A DNA stretch of 63,364 nucleotides, counting the filler. It is 3 parts of 3 records of this genome, joined end to end, with 100 filler letters (N's around TTAATTAATTAA, not from the genome) between each part and the next. Parts side by side here need not be neighbours in the genome. Positions count along the whole stretch, not along the records: positions 1 to 30,268 come from SRR22947725_2432; 2 more parts are not named here. One strand, written 5' to 3'. Of the stretch, positions 1-11,200 are shown one piece after another; the stretch's first letter is position 1; each line of letters opens with the position of its first letter. The position numbers and the translations under genes were made by a program. The notes under the pieces were generated by a model. The model was not told where the DNA came from, made no database searches, and was given only the letters and a program-made list of their open reading frames with translations.

Positions 1-2
1 CA

Positions 3-158
3 GCAGGCATTTGTGATGAATCTGGCAGAATTACAATCATGATGCCTCACCCTGAAAGAGTTTTTCGAACAGTTCAAAACTCATGGCATCCAAATGAATG
101 GCAAGAGAGATCACCATGGCTCAGAATGTTTGAAAACGCCAGGAAATGGATTGACTAA
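3..158 (+). CDS. purL: Phosphoribosylformylglycinamidine synthase, C-terminal fragment (truncated by window start)
   Basis: My translation: [30 protein letters not shown]...[22 protein letters not shown] is the PurL glutaminase-domain motif. Confidence 0.93.
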   Translation, partial: AGICDESGRITIMMPHPERVFRTVQNSWHPNEWQERSPWLRMFENARKWID

Positions 159-184
159 ATATAACTATAGAATCCCTTATCAAA

Positions 185-844
185 ATGACGCCTTATAAAG
201 TGATCAGAAGCAATAGAAGAACCCTGAGTATTTCAATTGATGAAAATGCTGAATTGATTGTTAGAGCCCCTCATCTACTTTCAATGAATAAAATTCATGA
301 CTTTATTAATGAAAAGAAAAAATGGGTCAACAAGCAGCAAAAGATTGTCAGTAATCGTTTAAGTGATAGCGCCTTTGATAAAGATATGGCTTTACTGTTA
401 GGATACTTATATCCAATTAAAGTAAAAACGGATCAATCCAAAAAATTAACTTTCAATGGCGAAGAGTTTTTAGTGTGCTCAAATGATCAAGAGTTGATTC
501 ACTCATCTCTAAAGAAATGGTACAAAAAAAAATTTAAAGAGGTCGCTATTCCAAGGCTTACTTATTTTGCTGATAAATACAATTTAGCTGTAAACCAAGT
601 TCGAATAAAAGAGCAGAAAACACTGTGGGGCTCTTGCTCATCAAGAAATAATATTAATCTAAACTACCTTTTAATTATGGCTCCCATGAAAGTAATTGAC
701 TATGTCATAATTCATGAACTAGCACACACAATTCACAGGAATCATTCATCTCATTTTTGGAAAACTGTTGAATCAATGATGCCTAACTTCAAAGAAGCTA
801 AAACTTGGCTAAAGGATTACGGCTACAAACTAAGAAAACTTTAA
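185..844 (+). CDS. YgjP/DUF45-like zinc metallohydrolase (M48-like)
   Basis: RSNRRTLSI N-terminus, WGSCS, IDYVIIHELAH (HExxH), NHSSHFW. Confidence 0.88.
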   Translation: MTPYKVIRSNRRTLSISIDENAELIVRAPHLLSMNKIHDFINEKKKWVNKQQKIVSNRLSDSAFDKDMALLLGYLYPIKVKTDQSKKLTFNGEEFLVCSNDQELIHSSLKKWYKKKFKEVAIPRLTYFADKYNLAVNQVRIKEQKTLWGSCSSRNNINLNYLLIMAPMKVIDYVIIHELAHTIHRNHSSHFWKTVESMMPNFKEAKTWLKDYGYKLRKL

Positions 845-849
845 TTTAA

Positions 850-1176
850 TTAGCTATTGTATTTTTCAACAGCCTCTTGCATAGCGTCCTTAAGAGTATC
901 CTGCTCAGCCATTTCAATAATAATATCTCCGCCCCCCACTAATTCAGAGTTGAAATAGATTTGAGGAAATGTAGGCCAATCAGCAAAGTCAGGTAGACTT
1001 TGAAAAACTTCTTGATCTTCAAAAACATTAACGTAAGCAAACTCAACTCCAGTTGATGCTAAAGTTTGAGATGCACGTGCAGAAAATCCACACTGAGGAA
1101 ACTGTGGTGTTCCTTTCATATAAATAACAATTGCAGCGCTATCGACTTGCTTTTGAATTTTTTCTAATACTTCCAA
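850..1176 (-). CDS. grxD: Monothiol glutaredoxin Grx4
   Basis: MKGTPQFPQCGFS and WPTFPQ motifs; TTG start with GGAG upstream. Confidence 0.95.
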   Translation of the reverse strand: MEVLEKIQKQVDSAAIVIYMKGTPQFPQCGFSARASQTLASTGVEFAYVNVFEDQEVFQSLPDFADWPTFPQIYFNSELVGGGDIIIEMAEQDTLKDAMQEAVEKYNS

Positions 1177-1245
1177 TTTATTGCTCCGATTTTTTCCTAC
1201 TATTTTAATCTAGTATTATAAATACTGCAAAGATTCATAAAATAA

Positions 1246-1836
1246 TTATTGCTTTATTGCTTGGGAAATAACATATTTTTGACCCTGTTTAATTTTTTTA
1301 TAATTTCCAAAAACTGATTTAAAATTATTTTTTATAAAGTCCTTAAGACCATTGATGGTCACAACAGTTATTGACCCCCCAGGCTGAAGCGCATCAAATG
1401 CATCATAAAGAATAATTGAAAGCTGCTCTCTTCCGACTTTGGCAGGAATATTTGAAATGATTTGATTAAATTTTATATCATTTGGTACTTGCAAAAATGC
1501 ATCAGATAGATAGGCTTTAGCATTACTAACATTATTAATCTTTGCATTATATTTTGAAAGTTCAACCGCCACAAAGTCCTTATCTACCATATGAACTTGT
1601 CCCTTGTGACACTGCCTAGCCAATGCAAGACCAATTGGTCCATAACCACACCCTAAATCAAGACAGATGTCATTTTCATTGGCGCTAATATACTTCATCA
1701 TAAGAAGTGTACCATCATCAATCGATCGGGGACTAAAAACCCCCCACCGAGTGTGGAGCTTAAATCTAGAATTTAATAGCTTGACATCTAAAACAATGTC
1801 TTTCTTAAGTTGGGCAATATCTTTTCTATCAAACAT
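1246..1836 (-). CDS. Class I SAM-dependent methyltransferase (RsmC/MTS small-domain type)
   Basis: GVFS...IDDGT, LDLGCGYGPIG, SNIP motif IV. Confidence 0.85.
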   Translation of the reverse strand: MFDRKDIAQLKKDIVLDVKLLNSRFKLHTRWGVFSPRSIDDGTLLMMKYISANENDICLDLGCGYGPIGLALARQCHKGQVHMVDKDFVAVELSKYNAKINNVSNAKAYLSDAFLQVPNDIKFNQIISNIPAKVGREQLSIILYDAFDALQPGGSITVVTINGLKDFIKNNFKSVFGNYKKIKQGQKYVISQAIKQ

Positions 1837-1880
1837 TTGAATAACTATCTCTTATTTAAAAAGTTTATTTATAAAATTAT

Positions 1881-2810
1881 CTATGTTTTTTGTTGAGTGT
1901 GATTAACGTCATCACCAATATGAACCTCACCTCTTTTCTTAGCAAGTTGGACCTGCTTCTCTCTTTCTCGGTATCTGCCTACTTGTTCTATGTTTTTTGT
2001 CCCATAACATCTTGGGCAGGATGCCCCCTTCTCATAGTGAGGGTGCTTTGTATCTTCCTCTGTAACCGGAAACCGACATGCATGACACTGATCGTATTTA
2101 CCTTGCTCAAGGTTATGCTTGACAGCAACTCTATCATCAAATACAAAGCATTCACCTTCCCAAAGACTTTCTTCCTCTTTAACCTCTTCCAAATATTTAA
2201 GAATCCCGCCTTGAAGATGGAAAACATTTTCAAAACCCTCAGACTTTAAATAGGCTGTAGATTTTTCACAGCGAATTCCGCCGGTACAAAACATGGCAAT
2301 TTTTTTGTCTTGATATTGCTTTAGACTATTTTTTGTAAAACTTGGAAACTCCCTAAAAGTTTCAGTATTCGGGTTAATAGCGCCCTTGAAGCTTCCAATT
2401 TCATACTCATAATTATTCCTTGTATCAATAAGTATGACATCAGGATTATTAATTAAATTATTCCAATCTTTTGGCTTGATATAGGTCCCAACAGAATGAT
2501 TAGGATCAACATCTGAGAGGCCCATGGTAACTATTTCTTTTTTTAGTTTGACTTTAAGTCTCTTAAATGGTGGTTTTTTGCTATATGAAAATTTATATTC
2601 CAATTCAAGAAATCTATCATCATTTTGAAGGTAATCAAGAACTTTTTCAACACTATCTTTACCCCCTGAAATGGTTCCATTTATGCCTTCTCTTGCAAGC
2701 AATAGAGTTCCCTTAACACTTAAAGAGTCTAAAAATGACTTCAGTGGAGCCTGGATATCTTCAAAATCATCAAGCCGAGTAAACTTGTATAAAGCGCAAA
2801 TAGCGTACAT
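1881..2810 (-). CDS. trhO: tRNA uridine(34) hydroxylase, rhodanese domain (YceA/UPF0176)
   Basis: [42 protein letters not shown]. Confidence 0.92.
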   Translation of the reverse strand: MYAICALYKFTRLDDFEDIQAPLKSFLDSLSVKGTLLLAREGINGTISGGKDSVEKVLDYLQNDDRFLELEYKFSYSKKPPFKRLKVKLKKEIVTMGLSDVDPNHSVGTYIKPKDWNNLINNPDVILIDTRNNYEYEIGSFKGAINPNTETFREFPSFTKNSLKQYQDKKIAMFCTGGIRCEKSTAYLKSEGFENVFHLQGGILKYLEEVKEEESLWEGECFVFDDRVAVKHNLEQGKYDQCHACRFPVTEEDTKHPHYEKGASCPRCYGTKNIEQVGRYREREKQVQLAKKRGEVHIGDDVNHTQQKT

Positions 2811-2988
2811 ATTTCAAGATAACCCTACAAAAAATGTTAATTTTACTAGTAGCAGAAAGTAATTTAAGTTTATTTAGACTTTTCATAAACATTAAAACTC
2901 CATTAGGGCTTCACTATTCTCAATACTGACAAGTGTATAATTCGACTCTTTTCTCTGCTATAAAATTAAGTTTTTTTTACGAAGTCGA

Positions 2989-4797
2989 ATGATCTTAACT
3001 CACATTCATAATCCCAGCGATATCAAAAAACTAGATATTGATGAACTTAATACTCTTGCAGAAGAAATTAAATTATTCTTAATTGAGAGTATTGAAAAGA
3101 CAGGTGGACATTTAAGCTCTAACCTTGGAACAATTGAATTGACCTTGGCAATGCATTACGTTTTTGACAGCCCTGATGATACTTTCGTCTGGGATGTGGG
3201 TCATCAGGCATACACTCATAAAATATTAACAGGTCGCAAAGATCTCATGTCAACTCTTCGTCAAAAAGATGGTTTATCTGGTTTTACAAAGCGAAGTGAA
3301 AGCGAGCATGATGTCTTTGGTGCTGGTCATTCCTCTACCTCCATTAGTGCGGCCCTCGGAATTGCTATGGCAAATAAACTCAACAATAATTCAGACACCT
3401 CAATAGCTGTCATCGGAGATGGCGCCCTAACGGGTGGCATGTCATTTGAAGCTATGAATCATGCTGGAGATACAGATGCCAACCTGCTCATCATTCTTAA
3501 TGATAACGATATGTCCATCTCCAAAAATGTGGGTGCATTAAGCAAATATTTAACGCGTCTTATTTCTGGAAAGATATACTCAACTATGAAATCTAAATCG
3601 CTTGAATTGCTAGAAAGGCTTCCACGTATTCAAAAGTTTGCAAAACGATCTGAAGAGCATCTAAAAGGAATGATCCTACCAGGCACTCTTTTTGAAGAAT
3701 TAGGAATAGATTACTTTGGCCCAATCGATGGACATGATATTTCCATATTAGTCAAAACTCTAGAAAATCTTAAAAATCTTAAAAAACCCAGAATACTGCA
3801 CATCATTACAAAAAAAGGTCATGGCTTAGAAGCTGCAGAAGAGAATCCACTAAAATTTCATGGTATCTCGCCGCCATCATCATCAAGTAATAACTTTCCA
3901 AGCTATAGCAGCGTTTTTGGAAAATGGCTTTGCAATAAGGCTAAGCATGATCAAAGTCTTATTGGAATTACCCCAGCAATGTCTGAAGGGTCGGGTATGG
4001 TTGATTTTGCAAATAGCTTTCCTGAACGTTTTGTAGATGTTGCTATTGCAGAGCAGCATGCAGTTACTCTTGCTGGCGGTATTGCTGCCAAAGGTTTAAA
4101 ACCTGTAGTTGCGATTTATTCAACATTTTTACAGCGTGGCTATGACCAATTTATTCACGACATTGCTCTACAAAATTTAAATGTTACGTTTGCAATTGAT
4201 CGAGCAGGATTAGTTGGAGCAGATGGTGCAACACATGCAGGTATTTATGATTTAAGTTTTTTAAGATGCATTCCTAACATCATTATTATTGCACCCAGTT
4301 CGTCATTGGAAATGTATAAAGCGCTCAATTTTGCTCATAATTTTGATGGGCCAGTTTGTGTGAGATTCCCAAGAGGAAAATCTGAGATAGAGGAATTTGT
4401 TTCAGACTTAACAATTGATCTTGGGAAAGGAAATATTGTTAAAACTGGAAAAGATACTGCTATTTTTGCTTTTGGAAATATGCTTGAAATTGCGCTTGAA
4501 GCTTCTGAAAAAATTAATGCTTCAGTTGTTGATATGAGGTTTGTTAAACCCTTAGATAAAGCTCTAATCATTGAGATTGCAAATAACTCTAAATTACTTA
4601 TCTCTATTGAAGATAATACTGTCAATGGTGGTGCGGGTAGTGCTGTCAATGAACTATTACAGGAAAATAATATTACTACGCCTTTGAAAATTCTTGGTGT
4701 CCCTGATAAGGTTACAGAGCATGGCTCACAATCTGAGCTTTATGAGCTTTACGGACTCACTTCAGAAAATATTATTAATGTGTCTAAAAATAAATGA
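2989..4797 (+). CDS. dxs: 1-deoxy-D-xylulose-5-phosphate synthase
   Basis: GGHLSSNLG, WDVGHQAY, GDGALTGG, IAEQHAV, DRAGLVGADGATH. Confidence 0.98.
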   Translation: MILTHIHNPSDIKKLDIDELNTLAEEIKLFLIESIEKTGGHLSSNLGTIELTLAMHYVFDSPDDTFVWDVGHQAYTHKILTGRKDLMSTLRQKDGLSGFTKRSESEHDVFGAGHSSTSISAALGIAMANKLNNNSDTSIAVIGDGALTGGMSFEAMNHAGDTDANLLIILNDNDMSISKNVGALSKYLTRLISGKIYSTMKSKSLELLERLPRIQKFAKRSEEHLKGMILPGTLFEELGIDYFGPIDGHDISILVKTLENLKNLKKPRILHIITKKGHGLEAAEENPLKFHGISPPSSSSNNFPSYSSVFGKWLCNKAKHDQSLIGITPAMSEGSGMVDFANSFPERFVDVAIAEQHAVTLAGGIAAKGLKPVVAIYSTFLQRGYDQFIHDIALQNLNVTFAIDRAGLVGADGATHAGIYDLSFLRCIPNIIIIAPSSSLEMYKALNFAHNFDGPVCVRFPRGKSEIEEFVSDLTIDLGKGNIVKTGKDTAIFAFGNMLEIALEASEKINASVVDMRFVKPLDKALIIEIANNSKLLISIEDNTVNGGAGSAVNELLQENNITTPLKILGVPDKVTEHGSQSELYELYGLTSENIINVSKNK

Positions 4798-5279
4798 AAG
4801 AGACATTAAAAAAATATAGTCCAAAGCGAGAAAATGTTAATCTAGGTTTTCTCAATAAGCACTTGACTGATCCAGAGCTGTGGAAATGGAATAAAAGGAC
4901 TATTTCCAAAGCTTTTGCTATTGGATTATTTTGTGCCTTCCTTCCTATTCCCGGGCATACAGTATTGGGAGCAGTTCTTGCAGTTATATTTTCAGCAAAC
5001 ATCTTGCTTTCAATGCTCTTGGTTTGGGTGAATAACCCAATCACTATGGTTCCCATTTTTTATTTTACTTATAAATTGGGTGCTTCAATTATGGGGATTG
5101 AAATGGATCCAGGCTTTGAGTTTTCATTTTCATACCTAATGGATAACTTTGGAAGTGCTACTCTGGCTATGTGGGTTGGAGGAATAATAACTTCTACAAT
5201 TACAGCAATACTTGGCTATTTTGCAATTATTACTATCTATAAATATAGGGCAATTAAACGAGTTAAACGTTGGAAATAG
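4794..5279 (+). CDS. DUF2062 family membrane protein
   Basis: [25 protein letters not shown] pattern, hydrophobic helices; overlaps dxs stop. Confidence 0.85.
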   Translation: MKETLKKYSPKRENVNLGFLNKHLTDPELWKWNKRTISKAFAIGLFCAFLPIPGHTVLGAVLAVIFSANILLSMLLVWVNNPITMVPIFYFTYKLGASIMGIEMDPGFEFSFSYLMDNFGSATLAMWVGGIITSTITAILGYFAIITIYKYRAIKRVKRWK

Positions 5280-6345
5280 GAATTCGCCTTCTAATCTGCG
5301 CCTCAAGAGTGTCGACTAATGAATCATTAGTAACCTTACTGTGAGTCTTTCCATCAATATAGAGAAGGTTTGGAGAGCCTCCCGTTAGGCCTACACTAAC
5401 CTCTTTTGCCTCCCCTGGGCCATTAACGACGCAACCAATAACTGCTACATCAATCGACTCAGTAATATCTTCAAGACGAGATTCAAGTTCATTGACAACT
5501 GAAATGACATCAAACTTTTGCCTAGAGCATGATGGGCAGGCAATTAAATTAACGCCTTTTTTTCTTAAGTGAAGTGACTTTAAAATATCAAAGCCAACCT
5601 TGATCTCATCAACTGGATCAGAAGCAAGTGAAACTCGAATAGTGTCTCCAATCCCCTCACTCAAAAGTAATCCCATACCAATTGAAGACTTGACAGCACC
5701 GGAACGAAAAGAGCCGGCTTCGGTTATACCTAGATGAAGTGGGTTATCAATTTGCGAAGCTAATTGACGATAGGCGAACACAGTCATAAAAACCTCTGAG
5801 GCCTTTAATGAAACCTTATAGTTATCAAAATTCAGTCTATCAAGAATATCAATATGTCTAAATGCCGACTCAACCATTGCTTCAGGTGTCGGCTCCGTGT
5901 ATTTTTTTTGTAGATCTTTTTCAAGTGAGCCAGCATTAACACCTATTCTAATTGGTATTCCATTATCTTTTGCTGAAGCAACAACTTCCTTAATTCGATC
6001 CTCTTTCCCAATATTCCCTGGATTTATTCTTAAGCAATCAGCGCCATACCCTGCAACTTTTAAAGCAATCTTATAATCAAAATGAATGTCAGTGATTAAA
6101 GGAATATTGACACGCTTCTTTATTTTTTTGAATGCCTCTGCTGCATCCATAGTTGGAATCGATACCCGAACTAAATCAGCCCCAGCGTTCTCAAGAGAAA
6201 GTATTTGATTCACTGTAGAATCTACATCGCATGTATCAGTATTAGTCATGCTCTGAACACTGATTGGAGCATCTCCTCCAATAGCAACATTTCCCACAAA
6301 TATTTGCTTAGATAATCTTCGATTAATTTTGTGTACTTGCTTCAT
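5263..6345 (-). CDS. ispG: 4-hydroxy-3-methylbut-2-en-1-yl diphosphate synthase
   Basis: [35 protein letters not shown]. Confidence 0.98.
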   Translation of the reverse strand: MKQVHKINRRLSKQIFVGNVAIGGDAPISVQSMTNTDTCDVDSTVNQILSLENAGADLVRVSIPTMDAAEAFKKIKKRVNIPLITDIHFDYKIALKVAGYGADCLRINPGNIGKEDRIKEVVASAKDNGIPIRIGVNAGSLEKDLQKKYTEPTPEAMVESAFRHIDILDRLNFDNYKVSLKASEVFMTVFAYRQLASQIDNPLHLGITEAGSFRSGAVKSSIGMGLLLSEGIGDTIRVSLASDPVDEIKVGFDILKSLHLRKKGVNLIACPSCSRQKFDVISVVNELESRLEDITESIDVAVIGCVVNGPGEAKEVSVGLTGGSPNLLYIDGKTHSKVTNDSLVDTLEAQIRRRIPISNV

Positions 6346-6631
6346 AATTACTAATTACTTCATCCAGACTTTCGCTATTATTAATAGTTGTTTCAGAAAT
6401 CGATTCGTCGACTTGATTGACTGAACCTAATTGATTTTTTATTAGAGAAACGGGCTCATTATCCTCAATCGGCCTACTGATGATAATTGAACTGGAGCTT
6501 CCCTCTGACAACTCTAAATCCTGAAAATAATACCACATGCTTAATAGAATTATAAATAACAAAACAACCCAGAAGAGTTTTCCTTTAAGTTGTTTTTTCT
6601 TTTTAGGATAGTAATCTATTCCGCTCAGCAT
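6323..6631 (-). CDS. Hypothetical single-pass membrane protein
   Basis: Basic N-terminus, one hydrophobic helix, acidic Ser-rich tail; fills the gap between rlmN and ispG on the same strand. Confidence 0.6.
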   Translation of the reverse strand: MLSGIDYYPKKKKQLKGKLFWVVLLFIILLSMWYYFQDLELSEGSSSSIIISRPIEDNEPVSLIKNQLGSVNQVDESISETTINNSESLDEVISNYEASTQN

Positions 6632-7697
6632 TTCTTCTGCTCTTGTCTAAGACTTTTCCAGCCAACTGGCCACATGCAGCATCAACATCATCACCTCTTG
6701 TTCTTCTTGTGGTCGTTCTTATACCAGCTTTAAAGAGGACATCTTGAAACTTGTCGATAGTTGAAGGGCTTGATGTTTTGTATTGAGACTCTGGAAAAGG
6801 GTTAAAGGGAATTAAATTAACTTTTGCTGATTCACTCTCAAACCAGTAATTTAAAAGCTTTGAAAGGGATTTAGCCTGCTCAATTGAATCATTGACTCCA
6901 TCAAGCATGACATACTCAAATAATATATGCCTTTCTTGAGTTCCAGCTTTTAGGTAATAATGGCATGCCTTCATAAGCTCTTTTATAGGATATTTTTGAT
7001 TGATGGGGACTAATATATCTCTAAGTATATCATCGGGTGCATGTAAAGAAATAGCCAAGCTAACCGGAACAGTGTCTGACATCCTTATGAGTGCAGGCAC
7101 AATTCCTGATGATGAGACAGTTACTTTTCTCCTTGAAAGACCAAATGCCCAATCATCCAAAAGAATTTCACACGCATCATAAACCGGAGATTCATTAAGA
7201 AGAGGTTCCCCCATTCCCATAAAAACAACATTAGTGATTCTACTATTATTTGCCTCAAGATAGTTTTTAGCTAACAAGACTTGAGCTATGATCTCATGAT
7301 TTTTGAGGTTACGATTAAAGCCCTGATAGCCAGTTGAACAGAAAGTACAAGCCAATGAACATCCAACCTGCGAAGAGATACACAAAGTTCCTCTATCCTT
7401 TTGAGGTATGAAGACACTTTCAATATGATTGTCTTCACCAAGCTTTATAACCCACTTAACTACCCCGTCCTTAGAGTGATTCAGAGAGACAATCTCAGGC
7501 ATATTTATTGAGGCGATTGAGTCAAGTTTTTGTCTTAAATCTTTAGAAAAGTTATGCATATCATCAAAGTCGGTAACACCTTGATGGTAAATCCACTGCA
7601 TAATTTGTTTAGTGCGAAAGGGTTTCTCATTTAAATCAGAAAAAAACTTCTTAAGCTTACTTTGCGTAAGCCCTAGAAGGTTTTGTTTTTTTAACAT
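6603..7697 (-). CDS. rlmN: Dual-specificity RNA methyltransferase RlmN (radical SAM)
   Basis: CISSQVGCSLACTFC, MGMGEP, AACGQL. Confidence 0.97.
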   Translation of the reverse strand: MLKKQNLLGLTQSKLKKFFSDLNEKPFRTKQIMQWIYHQGVTDFDDMHNFSKDLRQKLDSIASINMPEIVSLNHSKDGVVKWVIKLGEDNHIESVFIPQKDRGTLCISSQVGCSLACTFCSTGYQGFNRNLKNHEIIAQVLLAKNYLEANNSRITNVVFMGMGEPLLNESPVYDACEILLDDWAFGLSRRKVTVSSSGIVPALIRMSDTVPVSLAISLHAPDDILRDILVPINQKYPIKELMKACHYYLKAGTQERHILFEYVMLDGVNDSIEQAKSLSKLLNYWFESESAKVNLIPFNPFPESQYKTSSPSTIDKFQDVLFKAGIRTTTRRTRGDDVDAACGQLAGKVLDKSRRNAERNRLLS

Positions 7698-7718
7698 AAG
7701 ACAATATTCCTCTATTAT

Positions 7719-8144
7719 CTATCTAGTTCTTGGACAAACACCATCATCACCAAAGAAATATGCAATTTCAATTGCTGCATTTTCCTGAGAATCAGAACCA
7801 TGAACTGCATTTTCATCCAAGGACTCTGCAAAGTCAGCTCTTATTGTTCCTGCATCCGCCTCTTTTGGGTTAGTAGCTCCCATTATTTCACGATGCTTTG
7901 CAACAGCATTTTCACCCTCAAGAACCTGGATCATCACTGGACCAGAAGTCATAAAACTTACTAGGTCATTAAAGAAAGGTCTGTCTTGATGAATGGCATA
8001 GAATCCACCAGCCATTTCATCATCCAGGTGAATCATTTTTGATGCAACAATTTTAAAACCAGCACTTTCAAAGCGTGAATAAATTTGGCCAATTACATTT
8101 TTAGCTACAGCATCCGGTTTAATTATAGATAGAGTTTGTTCCAT
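7719..8144 (-). CDS. ndk: Nucleoside diphosphate kinase
   Basis: [26 protein letters not shown]. Confidence 0.98.
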   Translation of the reverse strand: MEQTLSIIKPDAVAKNVIGQIYSRFESAGFKIVASKMIHLDDEMAGGFYAIHQDRPFFNDLVSFMTSGPVMIQVLEGENAVAKHREIMGATNPKEADAGTIRADFAESLDENAVHGSDSQENAAIEIAYFFGDDGVCPRTR

Positions 8145-8246
8145 GGATAAATTCCCAATTATTTAAAAAGGCAGTATTTTACCATGCTAATGTAGATTTC
8201 TTTTAATTACAGAGAAAATTGAAAGCTCTTGTTATTAATGTAAAAA

Positions 8247-9572
8247 TTAATCAAAATTAACTTTTTTTATTGATTTCACTCGTCTGAAATTATCATACAA
8301 ATCAAAGCCTCTAAAGTAGGCACTGACAATTGGCAAAAACCATGGCTTTCCAAAGTAGTATGGCCTTGTTTCTAGAGGGGTTTGTTCAAAAACAGACACT
8401 CTTTGATCTGGATTTAATATTTTAAGTGCGGCTTTATGGCCCAAATAGGGGGCCATTGCAACGCCATTTCCACAGTACCCAAGTGCAGAATATATGCCAT
8501 TTTTTGAGCTAAGATTTGGAAGCTGACTAAAACTAAAGCCAGTAAATCCTGTCCAGCAATGACTAATGTCAACATCCTTCAAAGAGGGAAAAATTTCAGA
8601 CAGCATTTTCTTAAGCGTTGGCAGAGCGTCTTCAGCACTCATTGCGTGCATTGCAGCTCGGGTACCCAGCATAATTCTTTTTCCACAAGGAGTGGCTCGA
8701 TAGTAACAATAACGCTTACGAGTCTCCACCATACAATGGCCTCCAGGTAATAACGATTTCACTCTATCCTCACCAATATCAACAGTTGTAATAATAAAGC
8801 TTGGAACTGGCAACACACGCCTAGATAAATACTTTGAAAGATTAGAGCGTGTGTATCCATTTGTTGCCATTAATACGTCTCTGCATTCAATAGAGGTGTC
8901 AACAGCATTAACTGTAAACAATAGTTCATTTGATTTTGATTTTTTAATAATTTTAGTTACAGGCCTATTTCCATAAACCATTGCACCTGCATTGATTGCA
9001 AGTTTCAATAATCCATAATGAAATTTACGAGGTTGAACCGCTCCATGGTCTTCATAATACTGCCCTCCAAAATATAAATCAGTTTTAATTGACTTCTTTA
9101 GAAGATCTAAATTGATCATTTGAGAATTAAAATCTTCAATATCTTTTAATTTATTTAAATTATTAGACATATCTGTTTGGTTGTGAGGTAGCCATGAGGT
9201 TCGGAGTCTTCCACAAATTTGAAGATCACAATCAATCTGATTCTCTTTAATTAAATTAGTCGTATAAGCCAGTGAGGCATTCGCTTCTTTATGAAGATTG
9301 GATGCTACCTCTGAGCCATATTTTTGCTGCGCATGATCATTCGAAACTTTATGGCCTGAACCCAACATGCCGCCATTGCGGGTGCTGGCTCCAAATCCAA
9401 TATCCTCAGCATCCAAAACAATAACTTTTTTACCATTATTTGCCAACGTTAAAGCAGCACTAAGACCTGTATAACCAGCTCCAACAATTACAACATCCGC
9501 ACTTTGAGGAAGTTCGGTATTGTTTTCAAATCGTGGCTGACCTTCCCACCAATAGGGAGTAAATTTAGTCAT
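8247..9572 (-). CDS. FAD-dependent amine/amino-acid oxidoreductase (DAO, PuuB/OrdL-like)
   Basis: VVIVGAGYTGL, GASTRNGG, ATNGY, GYCGNGVAMA. Confidence 0.88.
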   Translation of the reverse strand: MTKFTPYWWEGQPRFENNTELPQSADVVIVGAGYTGLSAALTLANNGKKVIVLDAEDIGFGASTRNGGMLGSGHKVSNDHAQQKYGSEVASNLHKEANASLAYTTNLIKENQIDCDLQICGRLRTSWLPHNQTDMSNNLNKLKDIEDFNSQMINLDLLKKSIKTDLYFGGQYYEDHGAVQPRKFHYGLLKLAINAGAMVYGNRPVTKIIKKSKSNELLFTVNAVDTSIECRDVLMATNGYTRSNLSKYLSRRVLPVPSFIITTVDIGEDRVKSLLPGGHCMVETRKRYCYYRATPCGKRIMLGTRAAMHAMSAEDALPTLKKMLSEIFPSLKDVDISHCWTGFTGFSFSQLPNLSSKNGIYSALGYCGNGVAMAPYLGHKAALKILNPDQRVSVFEQTPLETRPYYFGKPWFLPIVSAYFRGFDLYDNFRRVKSIKKVNFD

Positions 9573-9695
9573 ACAAAAAAAATAATTAAAATGCAGGAGT
9601 ATCTTAACCTTTTTATGTATAGATTTCTATAAGAAAGGATGTATTAGTTTTGTATATATAAGTATCATAATGAAACATCAAAAAATGTATTTACT

Positions 9696-10712
9696 ATGAA
9701 AAACCAACTATTAAATTCTCCGATTACATTTCCAAAGAATCTGCCAGAAGGATATCAGTATCTTGAGGATGAGCCAGTTTATGATCCAAAAAAGCACCTT
9801 GCATTAGAGTATCCCAAAGACTCTATTTCATTACATGACCTTGGCTATAGTGCTGAAGAAATTTCTAAGTGTCCAACTGAGTTTGCTATTTCTGGTGTTG
9901 CCAGACTCTTATCTAGTGAAGGCTCAGAAGAATTAATGAAAGTTATACAGAAACTAAAAACATTTTCCTCATGCGGTGGATCAAGGATTCAGCATATGTT
10001 AAGAGGCTGCGTATATCGCTCACGCTTTCTAAGAGATTTATGTTTATGTCCTGAGGTTAGCAGTTTTATGTCAAAAATTTATGGCATTCCTGTATCCCCT
10101 CACTCAATTCCATTACACCTAGGACACTGTAATTTTGCTCCGGATGATCTAAATCGAGCAGTAGATAGATGGCATACTGATACCATTGGACTTGACTATG
10201 TCATGATAGTTTCAGATCCAACCAAGCAAGTGGGAGGTGAATTTCAATACTACATGGGCACCAAAAATGAAGTAGAAAAAATAACAAATAAAGGTGAAAA
10301 ACTATCTGAAAAAAAAATAAAGAGCCCTCACTTTCCTGGCCCTGGTTACATAGTAGTAATGCAAGGAAATATGGTTGTTCACCGCGGTGCAAAACTCAAA
10401 GAGCATTTTGATCGAATCACAATGGTTAATGGGTATGTGCCTCTGGAGATTGAATCTGATGATCCTTCTAGATTCTCAGATGTAAAAAGTGTTGACCCAC
10501 ATCAGTTATTATTCCCGGAATGGGCAAAGCATAAGGCTTGGCTTTCAAGAGGAAAACTCAATCGATTAATTGAAGAACTTCCTTTTACTGATGACACTCA
10601 TCTAATTATTAAAGAGCTCAAAGATGCAATAAAGGATGTAGAAACTGCAATCAATGATCTCAGTAGCAATGAAGATGGGCAACAAAACTATTATGTGGAT
10701 CTCGATAAATGA
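9696..10712 (+). CDS. Uncharacterised protein, probable Fe(II)/2-oxoglutarate dioxygenase fold
   Basis: WHTD (HxD), GGEF, distal VVHRG and RITMV spaced as in double-stranded beta-helix oxygenases. Confidence 0.62.
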   Translation: MKNQLLNSPITFPKNLPEGYQYLEDEPVYDPKKHLALEYPKDSISLHDLGYSAEEISKCPTEFAISGVARLLSSEGSEELMKVIQKLKTFSSCGGSRIQHMLRGCVYRSRFLRDLCLCPEVSSFMSKIYGIPVSPHSIPLHLGHCNFAPDDLNRAVDRWHTDTIGLDYVMIVSDPTKQVGGEFQYYMGTKNEVEKITNKGEKLSEKKIKSPHFPGPGYIVVMQGNMVVHRGAKLKEHFDRITMVNGYVPLEIESDDPSRFSDVKSVDPHQLLFPEWAKHKAWLSRGKLNRLIEELPFTDDTHLIIKELKDAIKDVETAINDLSSNEDGQQNYYVDLDK

Positions 10713-10762
10713 CTTTACTGAAGAAACGAAATTGAAAAATTTATAGATAATTTTTTAGAAAT

Positions 10763-10788
10763 AAAAAAGGCGCCATAGGCGCCTTTTT
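10763..10788. terminator. Bidirectional intrinsic terminator
   Basis: AAAAAAGGCGCC-ATA-GGCGCCTTTTT between convergent genes. Confidence 0.9.
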
Positions 10789-10808
10789 AATGAAACAATA
10801 TAACTTAA

Positions 10809-11081
10809 TTAGTTACATGCATCCTTCAAAGCCTTACCAGCTTTGAATGCTGCCACATTAGAAGCTTTAATTTGAATAGTAGCTCCTGTCTGAGGGTTAC
10901 GGCCAGTACGAGCTGCACGACTTCTCACAACAAAACTACCAAATCCAGTAAGTTGAACACCATCACCACTTGCCATAGCAGAAGTGATAGCACCAGTAGT
11001 AGCATTTAAAGCTCTTGCAGCATCTGCTTTAGAAAGGTTAGCACCTGAAGCGATTGCGTCAATTAATTCTGATTTATTCAT
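10809..11081 (-). CDS. hupB: DNA-binding protein HU
   Basis: [25 protein letters not shown]; start placed at the ATG at 11081 with GGAGAG upstream. Confidence 0.93.
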   Translation of the reverse strand: MNKSELIDAIASGANLSKADAARALNATTGAITSAMASGDGVQLTGFGSFVVRSRAARTGRNPQTGATIQIKASNVAAFKAGKALKDACN

Positions 11082-11117
11082 TTTAATTCTCTCCAATAAA
11101 AGTTTGTTAAAAAAAAT

Positions 11118-11200
11118 TAGACAGAGCGGAAGAGGTAACTTTTACACCTTTTTAGGAGGAAAGAATCAAAAGAAACCATCTGCCTCCAACGCTGTATCTA
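11118..11200 (-). promoter_or_regulatory. Putative structured 5' leader of the HU gene
   Basis: Imperfect 20-bp inverted repeat (11118-11137 vs 11181-11200) just downstream of a minus-strand TACAAT at 11207-11212. Confidence 0.4.

Noticed and set aside
1184-1189. Complementarity between sRNA loop CUCCGA and the grxD RBS region (UCGGAG)
   Set aside because: Only 6 bp; not significant without a genome-wide target computation
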